Assembly: GCA_032718475.1 (NCBI GenBank)
Contig: JAUCBJ010006710.1
Location: forward strand, 1-64,000
From: Nemertoderma westbladi
Lineage: Eukaryota > Animalia > Xenacoelomorpha
Direction of reading: 5' to 3'
DNA: 64,000 nt
The notes under the pieces are model-generated. The model was not told the DNA's origin, did no database searches, and saw nothing but the letters and a program-made list of their open reading frames with translations. Positions 38,148 to 49,882 of the stretch are shown piece by piece (within the stretch, counting starts at the first letter, position 1; each line of letters begins with the position of its first letter). The position numbers and the translations under genes are program-made.

Positions 38148-41100
38148 TCAGATTTTCCCACCTTTGCGGGCTTCTACTACATAGTGGGTTGGGAGGTAAT
38201 ATGTTCTTTTACCACCTTGCAGTTCATTCCATGGTACCATTTCTGCTAATCCATCATCGAGATATCCTTGGATTACGGTATTATATTTCTCCTTTATCTC
38301 GGGTTGGTCATTCAGCCGGCGTAGAATCCCTTTAAGTCGCCTAAGTGCCATGCTGGTGTTGTTTGCCATTGGTTTGTTTGGGTCCTTCCATAACATAGGT
38401 GAACACCAGTGTCCGTCTTTAAACGTGGCCTGGTCGAGAACGTCCATACAATATTGGTCCTCTTCGGATGGGTTTTCGTCCTTTTCCGCGAACTCCTGGG
38501 TCTCCAAATTAAAATATTTCGTCATCTCTCGTTGGGTTTTCTCGGTTTCCAGAAACAAATCCTTGTCAAAATCCGAAGCTGAGCAATAACCCACGGAGGT
38601 TGCATTCTCTTTAATCTGGCATTTGGGAAGGTAGGTATAGGTGTCTGTAGTTTCCTCCTTAATGCCGCAGAGTGTCCATCCCATTATTGTTCGTTCAGCA
38701 TAAAATCCGTCATCCTGGTTTATAGATCGGGCGATATCTCCGGTGGGGATGTGTAGTTCCGGTGTATCAAGTCCGATCAGTAGGGTGATGCGGTTTACGT
38801 CCAACTGCGGACACCTCAGGTCTACATCGTCTCGGTCCAATTGTATGAGGGGGGCGTACTCGGCTGATTGTCGGAACCGCACCCGGAGGTCTGTGTGTAC
38901 CAAGGCGTTCTTGATGGTTAACTTAGCCGTTTCGTAGCCCTTCATCACTCCTTCCATCTGGAGTTGCACCTCCCCGGACTCTACCTCTCTGTTATCGGTG
39001 ATGGTTTGTATGGGCCGTTTACAAGGTTCATATTCTAGGCCGAGTTGCTCAAGGAAATCCCGGTCGATGATGGTTCCGTCGGACCCGTTATCGAGGAACG
39101 CGAGTGTCGTCAAAGATTTGCCGACTCCTTGGATCCTTACTGGGATTACCTTTGCGAAGACCATGTAGCGGCGATTTATAAGATTGATCGTGGCCGAAAT
39201 ATTTGTTACTTGTGGTGTATCGGTGGAGATTTTAAACGGGTTGGTTTCTCTCCGTTGGGTTGTCCGGGTTCCTTTGAAGACGTGGTTTGTTTCTCCTCTT
39301 CGCCTGGCTTCGATCCGAAAGGGGAGGGTAGTAAAATCGAAGTTCGCGGGGATGTGGAGGAGCGTGTGATGGCGTTGGTCGTTACAGACAGCACAGCATG
39401 ATCTTTGGTCGCACTCCCGAACATAGTGACCTGTTCCAAGACACCGGAAGCATCCTCGGTGTTTCATTATCGCCTCGAAGCGTGGGACGAGTTCGGCGAA
39501 CTGAAACTTTCTGCAGAATTCCACTTTATGTTTCTCCCAACAGAAGAGACAGAGCAGGGAATTTGTGATGCCTTCCCTTTCGGGTGCCCAACTCGCGAGA
39601 TAACATGCCCATTCCTCGGCGGATGTCGGCTCCTCGTAGTCTTCGTCGTCGGAATCCTCGGCCATGGTGATGGCCATCGTACTCACCGGTGGGGGGCGGA
39701 ATCTCGGTTTCGGAGGGGTTATCTTACTCCTGGAGTTGCTTTCTATTCCGTCCAACTTTGCGAGACTCTGTTTTGAAAACATCAAGTCATTCATGGCTTC
39801 GGAGATATCGTCCAGGAATGCCGACATTTCAAGGAAGCTAGGATCTCGATCTGGATGTCTGCGCCGGAGATCTACACATTTATAAGCCCACTTACTTTGT
39901 AGCCATCCGGGGAACTTCCGGGCGATCCGTCGGAGGTTTAGAATGTTGTTCACCTGGTCCTCCTTATTTAAGGGTTTCAGAGTATAGTAGGCATCCTTCA
40001 TAGAGTCGGAGAATTCCTGTATGTTCTGTGGGTCCCCTAGTGATCCCGCGTCCTGTATCAGTCTCTCTAGAGTTTTATTAATTATAGTTCCGGTATTTCC
40101 GTATCTTTTATCTAGAGTTTTCCATGCGTCATAGTATGCCTCATGAGAACCTCCTTCAAAACATGCAATAATTCTGCGTGGTTTGTCACCCAGGTATTGC
40201 GATAAATATACCAATTTCTGTGCGTCGGCTATGTCCGTTGATCCGATCTGCGCAAAGAACCGTTTCTTGAATCTGAGGTAATCGACGGGATCTCCTTCGA
40301 AGGTGCGAATCTCCATCTTAGGCATGGCAAGGCGGTTCTCCAACGCCCGGATGATGCTGACGTCGTCTGAACTAGAGTGACTCGGAGGGTTATAGTTATT
40401 GGCACTCACTCCCATACTTGATGGATCAATAATAGGTGGAGTTTTAATAATGACGCGGCTACGAGTTTGTGGTGTGGATGTAAATGGGTTGTTAGATCGG
40501 GGAGTGGCGTCCCGTTCCGAGTCCCTTTCAGGCTCGTACTTGGGTACACTCGCTGTCGTGGTGTTGGATGGGAAATAAGGTTCCTCATTCTTTAGCGTAG
40601 CCGGTGGGGGATGGAACACCGGGGCTTGTGCCGATAGCGTAGACTGTTTGGTAGGCGGGATCTCGGGTTTCGGAAGTTTCACCGCTGTTGGTGTAAATGA
40701 CTTTTCTAACTCCGGTACCGGGATTGGTTCATATTCCTGATCTATATCCCTTTCCCAGTCCTCGTAGAGTTGAATATCTCGTTCTATAAGTGCGGCTTCG
40801 TATTCCGCGAGTTTTGCAATATCCGCATTCTTTTTGTGGATGAGAATTGCTTGGGCCTCGGCGTGTTGTTTACTCATTTCTGCTTCCCATTTACGTTGTT
40901 CGATCTCTCGTTCGGCCTCTCGTCCGCGTTGTTCGGCCTCCTGTTTGCGTTGTTCGGCCTGTCGTTCGTCCTCTCGTCTACGTTGTTCGATCTCTCGTTC
41001 GGCCTCTCGTCCGCGTTGTTCGGCCTCCTGTTTGCGTTGTTCGGCCTGCCGTTCGTCCTCTCGTCTATGTTGTTCGGCCTGCCGTTCGTCCTCTCGTTTA

Positions 41101-41891
41101 CGTTGTTCGGCCTGCCGTTCGTCCTCTCGTCTATGTTGTTCGGCCTCCTGTTCGCGTTGTTCGGCCTGCCGTTCGGCCTCTCGTCTATGTTGTTCGGCCT
41201 CCTGTTCACGTTGTTCGGCCTGCCGTTCGGCCGCTTGTTCGGCCTCTCGCTTTTGTGTTTCGGCGGCTAATACATCTTGCTCGGCTTGCAGTTGAATATA
41301 CTCATCTTCCATCCGAGCTTTGAGGGCTAATGCCTTCCGTTCTCGGAGTTGGTCTCGGAGTGGCGGCGCCCCTTGAGAACTGCGCGCTGATCCGGATATC
41401 TCGCTCCTAGCGCTGGAGTGCTGATTTCTAGCGGACCCCGTTCTCTTTCGATGTACTGCTGTCCTGATGCTGGAGGATCGTACCGATTCCGCATCTGTTC
41501 TTTCGGCCCTCTTGTAATACTGTTCTTCATAGCCTCTCACAAGGCTGAGGGTCCTCCGGTGTTGTTTGCGGAACCCATCTAGATGTACAACGTGTTCTTC
41601 CAACTTGGGGTAGTTTTCCTGATCAGTGGAGGGAACGAGCTCTTGGTACGCCTGTATCATTCTTTCGTACCGCTGTAGGATATTTCGGATACTTTGAAGC
41701 TGAGTTTGTACCTCATTGAGGGGGGTTTTGACTCCCTTGAGTTGTTTCTCCATCCGTTGATACGCTCGGGTTACTCCCCCTTTGAGAGCCCCTAGCCGAC
41801 GGGTCATGTTCTTGACGTTTGGTACCTCGTCGGCTTCCGAGTCTGTGTGGTGATCCATCTCGTCGGTATCGGATACGTTATTTGTCGTCAT
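38148..41891 (-). CDS. gag: Element B Gag-protease-RT start, ending at an in-frame TGA
   Basis: E/R/Q tandem coiled coil; FEGDPVDYLRF..QKLVYL..RYG; three knuckles; FLDNGS; GGKI*VVNDAA replaces the expected KIRVV. Confidence 0.92.
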   Translation of the reverse strand: MTTNNVSDTDEMDHHTDSEADEVPNVKNMTRRLGALKGGVTRAYQRMEKQLKGVKTPLNEVQTQLQSIRNILQRYERMIQAYQELVPSTDQENYPKLEEHVVHLDGFRKQHRRTLSLVRGYEEQYYKRAERTDAESVRSSSIRTAVHRKRTGSARNQHSSARSEISGSARSSQGAPPLRDQLRERKALALKARMEDEYIQLQAEQDVLAAETQKREAEQAAERQAEQREQEAEQHRREAERQAEQREQEAEQHRREDERQAEQRKREDERQAEQHRREDERQAEQRKQEAEQRGREAEREIEQRRREDERQAEQRKQEAEQRGREAEREIEQRKWEAEMSKQHAEAQAILIHKKNADIAKLAEYEAALIERDIQLYEDWERDIDQEYEPIPVPELEKSFTPTAVKLPKPEIPPTKQSTLSAQAPVFHPPPATLKNEEPYFPSNTTTASVPKYEPERDSERDATPRSNNPFTSTPQTRSRVIIKTPPIIDPSSMGVSANNYNPPSHSSSDDVSIIRALENRLAMPKMEIRTFEGDPVDYLRFKKRFFAQIGSTDIADAQKLVYLSQYLGDKPRRIIACFEGGSHEAYYDAWKTLDKRYGNTGTIINKTLERLIQDAGSLGDPQNIQEFSDSMKDAYYTLKPLNKEDQVNNILNLRRIARKFPGWLQSKWAYKCVDLRRRHPDRDPSFLEMSAFLDDISEAMNDLMFSKQSLAKLDGIESNSRSKITPPKPRFRPPPVSTMAITMAEDSDDEDYEEPTSAEEWACYLASWAPEREGITNSLLCLFCWEKHKVEFCRKFQFAELVPRFEAIMKHRGCFRCLGTGHYVRECDQRSCCAVCNDQRHHTLLHIPANFDFTTLPFRIEARRRGETNHVFKGTRTTQRRETNPFKISTDTPQVTNISATINLINRRYMVFAKVIPVRIQGVGKSLTTLAFLDNGSDGTIIDRDFLEQLGLEYEPCKRPIQTITDNREVESGEVQLQMEGVMKGYETAKLTIKNALVHTDLRVRFRQSAEYAPLIQLDRDDVDLRCPQLDVNRITLLIGLDTPELHIPTGDIARSINQDDGFYAERTIMGWTLCGIKEETTDTYTYLPKCQIKENATSVGYCSASDFDKDLFLETEKTQREMTKYFNLETQEFAEKDENPSEEDQYCMDVLDQATFKDGHWCSPMLWKDPNKPMANNTSMALRRLKGILRRLNDQPEIKEKYNTVIQGYLDDGLAEMVPWNELQGGKRTYYLPTHYVVEARKGGKI

Positions 41892-42329
41892 TGTAATGCC
41901 TCGTCGATAGCTAGATACGCGATGTCATAAAACAGTTCCTCGTAGGTATTGTACTCAGCTTGGACCACCCGAACGGTAATCCTGAATCGTCCGACGTTCG
42001 TTCCTTGTACTTCAACTTCGACGTGCCAGATTCCTGGCTCAACTTGGATTATATCAATGGGTGTGATCGATACTTCCATTCCCTGTTAACAACTCTCCAA
42101 ATATGTGATCTGCCGACTACGAGTTGGTTAGATCGAGTTTGTTGATTAATTAAACCACGACTTTGTCTCAACTCAAATACCAGAGTTTCCTCGTAGTGGG
42201 TGCTGGCAAGCACGTAGAGAGTTTTGAAGAGTATTGAAGGATTCTCAACTTCCACCAGTTGAAGTTGACCGTAATTATTCTTAATTTTGACACCCTGTCA
42301 AAATTAACCGCATTAATTATTCTTAATTT

Positions 42330-43949
42330 TGTTGCCGTTATCCCAACACCAGGGGGGAAAAACGCCGATGCTGGAGATGTGACTTTACAGACCACTGAGC
42401 CCCGGCCAGTCACCGGATATTGATTTTGGAGAAGGAATGATTTCTGAGATGCAGGGTTGCGGTTGAGAAAAAGCTGCATTAGTTGGATATACTCTTTAAT
42501 GTAACTGAACTCTGTTGAACCTGGTCAACAATATTGAACCCTGTTGAACCCTGTTGAACCCTGATTAAGAATAATTTTGGGCTTCCCCAAATCAATATAC
42601 ACCAAATATTCACAATAATTATACACGATAATATAAATCCCTACGGTATATTATTTAATTACCCACTGTTCGCTCAGATTTTAGCCTACCTAATATTCCC
42701 CAGATTTTCCCTTGGTCCTAGTCTTAGTGCCGTAGTGTCGGTGTCGGTCGACCCTGTCGCGTGTCCATTCCACCCCTCACGAACCCCGAAGGGAACGATC
42801 ATCGAGAACCAGCACGGCTTGGCTAAGGGTCGGTCCAGTCGGTAGACTCTGTCGCGTATCCGTACCGCCCCTCTCGAACCCCGAAGGGATCGGTCATCGA
42901 GAACCAATACGGCTTAGCTAGGAGTCTGTAGTGTCGGTGGACCCGTTCGCGTGTCCGTTCCACCCCTCACGAACCCCGAAGGGAACGATCATCGAGAACC
43001 AGAACGGCTTGGCTAGGGGTCCGTCGGTTCATCGCAGAAACCCAACCACCTAGGCTTTCCGAGTCCCTTTCAGGCTCGTAGTCGCTTCGGCAGCCGAGAA
43101 ACTGCTCCGAACAGTCGGTAGGCCAGTAGAGTCTAGTCCTTTGTCTTTCGACCCCATCGCGTGTCCATTCCACCCCTCACGAACCCCGAAGGGAACGATC
43201 ATCGAGAACCAGTACGGCTTGGCTAAGGGGTCTGTCGGCGGTTCCCGTCGCAGATCCCGGTACAAGCAGTCAGCGTTCCGAGTTCTTTTCAGTCTCGTAG
43301 TAGCTGCCGTTGACCAGAGACCGCTAAGGGCAGTCCTCGTCAAACCCGTCCTGTGGCCAGCCCTTTCGCATGTCCGTCCCACCCCTCGCGAACCCCGAAG
43401 GGATCGGTCATCGAGAACCAGTACGGCTTAGCTCAGGGGGCAGTCGTTAGTTGGCCACCCGTTCGCGTGTCCGCTCCACCCCTCACAAACCCCGAAGGGT
43501 TCGATCATCGAGAACCAGAACGGCTTGGCTACTAAGGGGCCGTCGTTTCCCGTCGCAAATCCCTGACACAAGCAGTCAGCGGTCCGAGTTCTTTTCAGTC
43601 TCGTAATGGCTGCTGTTGGCCAGGGACCGCTAAGGGCAGTCCTTGTCCTTTAGGCCTGGCGCATTACCAAATCCACCCCTACAGGCAGCAGGAAGTTGGC
43701 CAGGGCCTAATAGTACTCAGGCTAACCTGAATACTGCTTGCATTTTCCATCCCCCCCTGGCCCTTATAACTATGAAATTATTCCCGTACCCTGTAAGTTG
43801 CCCCAAAGTTCGCCCATAAATCGCCCCCAGTTTATTGAATGTGCCCAAAACCCATGGTCCCGCACCCAGTAGTAATATCGGAATAATCAATTTTAAATAA
43901 ATACAAAAATATTCAACTCGCGTTATGGAAAGTTGAAATACCGCGAACA
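42330..43949 (-). repeat. Element B 5' LTR
   Basis: Offset 12520 from 29810-31429. Confidence 0.95.
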
Positions 43950-43954
43950 TCTAG

Positions 43955-45290
43955 CACAATGATAGATGGGTTAATACGTGTTGGAGGAAGGCTCACCAAT
44001 GCGCCATTATCCTTTGACACTAAATTCCCCATACTCATTAGAAATCTTGAAGTACAAATCAAGATTATTGTAGATGTTCACAGCAAACTTTATCATGCTG
44101 GTAGAGAACGAGTTCTTAGGGAAATTCGAACTCGCTATTATTTTGATAAACCCCGTAGAGCTCTGAACCAAGTTCTTAGGAACTGCATACCCTGTAGGAA
44201 AGCATTTAGTAGGCCTTTAACACAGCGAGAGGCAGAATTACCTAGGGAACGAGTAAGCTTCTATGAACCACCTTTTACTAATACTGGTGTAGATTTATTT
44301 GGCCCTATTGAAGTATATCGTGCTAGGACTATAGTCAAGAGATGGTGTGTCATCTTCGTATGCATGACTTGTAGAGCCATCCATCTCGATATGGTGAACG
44401 ATCTATCTACCAACAGCTTCGTCTTAAGTTTACGCCGACAGATCGCTCGCTTCGGGACGAGTAATACCATGAGATCGGATAAGGGGACGAACTTCATTGG
44501 TGCCAACAACGAAATACAGGCTTACGTGAAGGAATGGAACCAAAGACAGGTGGACGACCAGCTAAGGATAACAGCGTCTAGCTGGACCTTCAACGCCGCC
44601 GACGCCCCTTGGTGGGGAGGAAGTTGGGAGAGATTAATTCGAAGTGTCAAAACCGCATTTCACTTTATAGTGCCATGCCGCGCGTATTTCACCGACGAAC
44701 TTTTGCGGACGTTAATGGAGGAAATAGCTGCCTACCTCAACGAGAGACCGCTTATGCCAGTCTCATCGAGTCCCGATTCCCTGGAAGCGCTAACACCTGC
44801 GCACTTCCTACTGAAGAAACCTGTAGCCATGCTCCCACGATCGGAGATTGCCGACGGAGACGAATACTGCCGTCGAACTTGGCAACTTATGCAGTTGCTA
44901 TCCCGTTGTTTCGCTGACCATTTCGAGAAACATTATCTGCCCATGCTACAACTTCGAACTAAGTGGTTTGCGCAGCAAGAAAACGTCAGCGCCGGAGATA
45001 TGGTGCTTATTGTAGATCCAGACCTCCCACGTAAACGGTGGCAGACAGGTCGTATCATCGAGACTCACATCTCGGATGATGGTTTAGTACGCTCAGTAGA
45101 ACTCGTCGTCATGCGGCGTAACTTCAAGAAGCCAGGCATAATCTTTGAGACGCAACAACTCAATCGCCCAGTTGGTCGTTTATGTTTACTGGAAAGAGAC
45201 AGAGAACTCTCTGGAAACTATGGAAGGCAAGACACTCTTCCCACGACCACCTCCCTAATTCCTCAAACATCTAGGGACTCCCCAACGTGA
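43955..45290 (+). pseudogene. pol: Element A integrase (continuation of pol after element B)
   Basis: H..HAG...CIPC, GVDLFGP, SDKGTNF, GGSWERLI, LTPAHFL, DGLVRSV, RPVGRLCLL. Confidence 0.93.
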
Positions 45291-46919
45291 TACGTCTGGA
45301 GTGGGTGTATGACTATATTATTTTATCTATTTTGCTATATTTTTATATGCGAACTTTATTATGTACTTTATTATAATCGTTTTTATTCAATTTTATTTAG
45401 TAGAATGTTATTTTAGTGATTGTTTAGTAGATTAGTGCAATGTATTAGTGTTTATTACGTACGTAATTACTTATAATATATATTTAGTGCGACGGCGAGA
45501 AAATAATTATTTTTCTCTTTCCTTACTGTCCGTATCATATTGTAAATACGTGACTACAGTAAGATGAAATGTCCGTACTTATTAAAGTACATTAAAGCCA
45601 CTACTATATTCAAGTATTATTGGTAGGCAGAGTATTAGGAATGCAAAGTTCAGATCCTCGTGTCTCGGCTAAACCAAGCTCTGGGTAGACCTTGGAAACG
45701 AGTTGCCTCTTCACACTGACATTGCTTCGTGCGATATTGCTCTTCTACCTTATATTAAATAATACATATAGTAGCGTGATGTCCCTCTAACAGTAGCGTA
45801 AAACGCAAATAAATCTGTTAAACCTTTTGACCATCTGTAATTCTAGTCGATTAAGATATCGCGGCACCCACCGATATACTTGAAAGACAAATTCTAGAAT
45901 CAGTGGTTAACGTCCCCAGACAAGTTCTGGAATAAATCGGTGCCCATCTTAAATATTAATTTAATATTTAGTAAAAATCTGTAAAATTCAGGTCCTTTGA
46001 AATTTCTAGTCAATTAAGATATCGCAGCACTTACCGATACTCTTAAAAGACAATTTTATAGAATTAAGGATCCTATGTCCCCAGACCTGCTCTGGAATCA
46101 AATTGTGTCAATTTTAACATCAAATAATAAAATTCACGGGAATCAATTCAAATTCATATTTTAAATGAATTTCATAAATTATCATTTTGTACAATTTATA
46201 ACATTCCCAAAATTCCATTAATTAATAGATCATGGGAGCGGAGATTCATCCTATTGAGTGTATTAGAGTGCGAGAATCTCCAACATATAGTCAATAGCCG
46301 ATAAAATTAATAAAATCATACATAAAGAGGATATTGACAATTAAAGAATTATTATTAAATAGCATCCCAGATCTGTATGCATGAGAATTACCCTAATTCT
46401 ACCGCTAGCATTCCATAATGTCACCATAGCAACACCCACGCTAGAATTAGAAGCAAGTTAAGAGAACAATAGAAAGCTTGTCACATTGCATAGCATAGAG
46501 AATACATAGCACACTGTTAGTATCCAAGGATACACAGTAATAACGTGACATTCTGGAAGGCACTGACTAACGGACAAATGGCCTGTATGTGTATAATTGG
46601 TGACAGTTGTGTGGAATTTGTGCGTTTATAGGTGAATGTTACTGCTAAAGTATGTTTACAGTAGCTAGTCGCAATTGTAAAAGTAGCCCAACTCTCCTAT
46701 AGAAAGAACCTAAGTGGATCCAAGCCTTTGGGACGGACAGTGGAGTGACTTGTGCCGGTTATCGTTGTCGTGCTGTTGCTACATGTTGGCGTAAACACCG
46801 CGACGACGGTACATCGGCGCTGAGAATCCCACTGTCCAGGGGCAAAGAGAAGTAGGCAGCGACGCCCGCTCGCCTAAAATATAAACTTATTTTGATATTA
46901 ATAAACTCAGATAGCAGAT

Positions 46920-49882
46920 ATGACGGAGTTGATAGAAGATGATCTTGGTATTAGGGAGCGATATACTCTACCTTTACAAGCATTTGTGGATAGCTTAATA
47001 CGCGGTGAAGCCGATCCAACCATTACGGAGGACGATGGTCGTTATATCGAACTGCCGATGTCCCAAGAGCAACTTGCGCGTGAATTGGACTATCGAAAAT
47101 TCACCACTCGCTATATGAATCGTAATGGTACGTATATGGACTTCTTAACTACCGGCCATCCTATTGATTTACATGATACGGACGATGTAGATACAGAGAG
47201 GGAAATGGTTCTATTTAAATATCATACCCAGCTGAGTCGTAACGATAAACCGAGAATAGATCACGAAAATTCTATTCGTAATAGACTGGAAAGAGAAAAC
47301 GTTGAAGAACCGGATAAACGCATCGACTTCAACGAATACCTAGAATTTTTGAGAGAAACCTATCTCAACATCGCTAGTCAGCAGAACTTAGAGACTCAAT
47401 ATCCTCAAGGTATACATCACGACCCTGTGGTAGAACTCAAACGGCTCTATTTCACTATGATGTATCTTACCGCCGATCGTCCACTACCTGTTATCCCGGA
47501 TAGTTTTGAACAAATGGAAGAATATTGCAAAACTGGAGAACGTTCACCCGCGTTTCCTCTACAGGACGTACGTCTTTGGTATTATTGTGACGAATGCCCT
47601 AGACCCAACCAACAAACTGAAAGACACAAACATCCGCGGAGACGTTGCGCTAAACACAGTTTTACGCGTTACACTTACGGGAGTTTCGAGCGAAACCTGT
47701 TCGACGTACCACCTACGATCGCTCGTCTTAAACGATCACTGAATAAACCCATGATCAGAGTTCCGGAATACTCGGTCAGGTCTCCTCATTCCCTAGTGAG
47801 ACCTCAAACTCTTGATCCTAACAGTATCACTGATCCTCCCGAACTATATTCCCTGTTCAAAGACTTAGTGTTACCCGAACAATTAATCGGTGGTGCTCCG
47901 GTAGTGGGTTCGTTAGACATTCGCCCATCCTACTTAGCCGGATTGGGACGCGGGCAACTAATATCGCCCTTTGATCCTTACAATCGTCCAGGATTAAACC
48001 CGATGCAACCCGCCACGGAAGTCGAGGAGAGCGTTATAAGAAACGCTTTAGACGCCATTCGACAGAAAATCGGAAAGGGAACACAAGATTGTTTAGAGAA
48101 ACGTAAATTACAACAACAAGTCCAATCGGTGAAGGAGTTAGCCTTGCCACAGTTCGATAGAGAAATCCAAAACCTCGAGGAAGACATCGAGCTTGGACGC
48201 ACGTATTCTCTACAAGAATTTTTAGATGAACGCTTACAGAGACAAGCGGAAGAAAATCTACTCGAAGAGAAACACACGAAACTGGAAGAGAGAGAAGAAG
48301 CCGCTTTAGCCCAACCGGAAGCTCAAATCCTCATGACGGACCTCTACTCTAAAACCGTTCGTCATCCCTCGATGATTCCACATTTCGGGGACAAGCTCTT
48401 CGCGACGATACAACCTCAACCGGTTGATATCAGTACAGGATCGCAAAATCTTATCGCTGACGCCCCTATGTTACAGCGTCCGCCGATCGAGGCCACTCGT
48501 GTTGACGGTATACTCGTTGAACCTCCGGACAATCGAGCGGATCTTGTCCGTCGTATGGTACACGATGTCAACATACGCGCTAGACCTTTACAGAACTCGT
48601 TTTATGGGATTAAAGACCACCCTTATTACGTTAATCTGACTCAATATTATATGGTAAAACCAGAAGACCCGACACATAATTTAAAGTTTCTACCACTAAT
48701 AAATCCTCTAGACATTGTCGAACTCGAACAATTGCAGAAACATCTGGATCAGTTAGTAAAGGTAAACTCATTTAGAAAACCATATAACATTTCTCGAATC
48801 GAGAAAGATATAGAACCTCCTTATAATCTCGATGGATTTATTAAAACTCGATTAGTCCATTGGAATCTAGATGTATTATTTGAAGAAGAGAAAATACAAA
48901 GATATGGAAATGTGGAGACGTATACCACTCGGCACATGAAGTATAGTGATCTCCCTGACGCTAACCAATGCGCCACCTTGTGGCATCCAGTAGGGATGAC
49001 CCTAGAGAACGCCACCAAGGAGTGGAATGAAACTCTTAATGTTATTGAGATGTATGGAGTTGTCACCTACGATAATGAAGGTAGCGTTCCGGTCGGAGAA
49101 CTAGGAACTACGCGCATGATCCACATACGCGGATTAGCTGGTTCTACCCACGTGTTTACTCGAGCGTGTTCCGACGTGATTGATTATTCTTTTGAAACTC
49201 TCACCGAAACACAAAAGAATCTCCGACATGGACAATTCGAACTCGCGCAGCGTTACGTCATTGACACCGAACGCAAACCGGCCATGGGCATCGATGGATC
49301 GATGTTACCCCAGCCCGTACTCGAGATGTTGTTCAACGAAAGAATCCTTAAAATCGGCTCAGCTGTTTATGGAGATCTCCAAAGCGACTTTCGGAATATG
49401 GAGAACATTCCATACCCTTTCGTTGATACTCAGCTGATTGCTCCCTGGGCAGAAGGTCGAGGTTTCTTCCTCACCATGTATGCTAATACGTCTAGCAACA
49501 TTACAAAGGTGCAACGAACTTCCATCGGACATCTTGCCTTTCAGGAATACGGATGGAATTTCAAAGTCGGAAATCCCACTAACTATCAACAAGTATACGG
49601 AGACCATTATTCTCGATTATACTTTGATGGACCATTGACCGCACCTGGCGCCGTGTATAGCTTCATGAGTGTTCCACTCCGTCCCTCCTTAGCTATATAC
49701 ACGATCTTTGAAAACACCGCACTTGCTGGTTGGCTAGCCGATGTGTGCAGTCGTACCATACGCGCCCATCCATTAATACTTGGGACCAAACTCGCTAAGC
49801 TAGATGAACATAATAAATTCATCCGTTTCGAATGTTTCCGGCGATTTTTAACCCCGTTCCGCAACATGGATAGCCAATTTAA
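46920..49882 (+). CDS. Element A accessory ORF, 5' part (long N-terminus plus DEDDy-like exonuclease)
   Basis: VVTYDNEG, LPQPVLEMLFNERILKIGSAVYGD, FVDTQ, SIGHLA, PLRPSLAIYTIFE. Confidence 0.78.

Larger units (their letters stand above)
29810..43949 (-). mobile_element. Bel/Pao LTR retrotransposon B nested in the pol of A
   Basis: 1620-bp TG...CA LTRs; 5-bp TSD TCTAG at 29805-29809 and 43950-43954; removal restores the A frame RDRFSSTMIDGLIRVGGRL. Confidence 0.96.

Noticed and set aside
38148-38150. Programmed read-through or selenocysteine at in-frame TGAs (also 28191 and 56440), with the LTR k-turns acting as SECIS
   Set aside because: The stops fall at different places inside RT and fit CGA>TGA or TGY>TGA decay. 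The copies have other lesions, and the hairpins lack the SECIS helix length and apical AA.
40770-41323. Multiple overlapping ORFs (also 61549-62055)
   Set aside because: They are shadow frames of tandem coiled-coil repeats in gag
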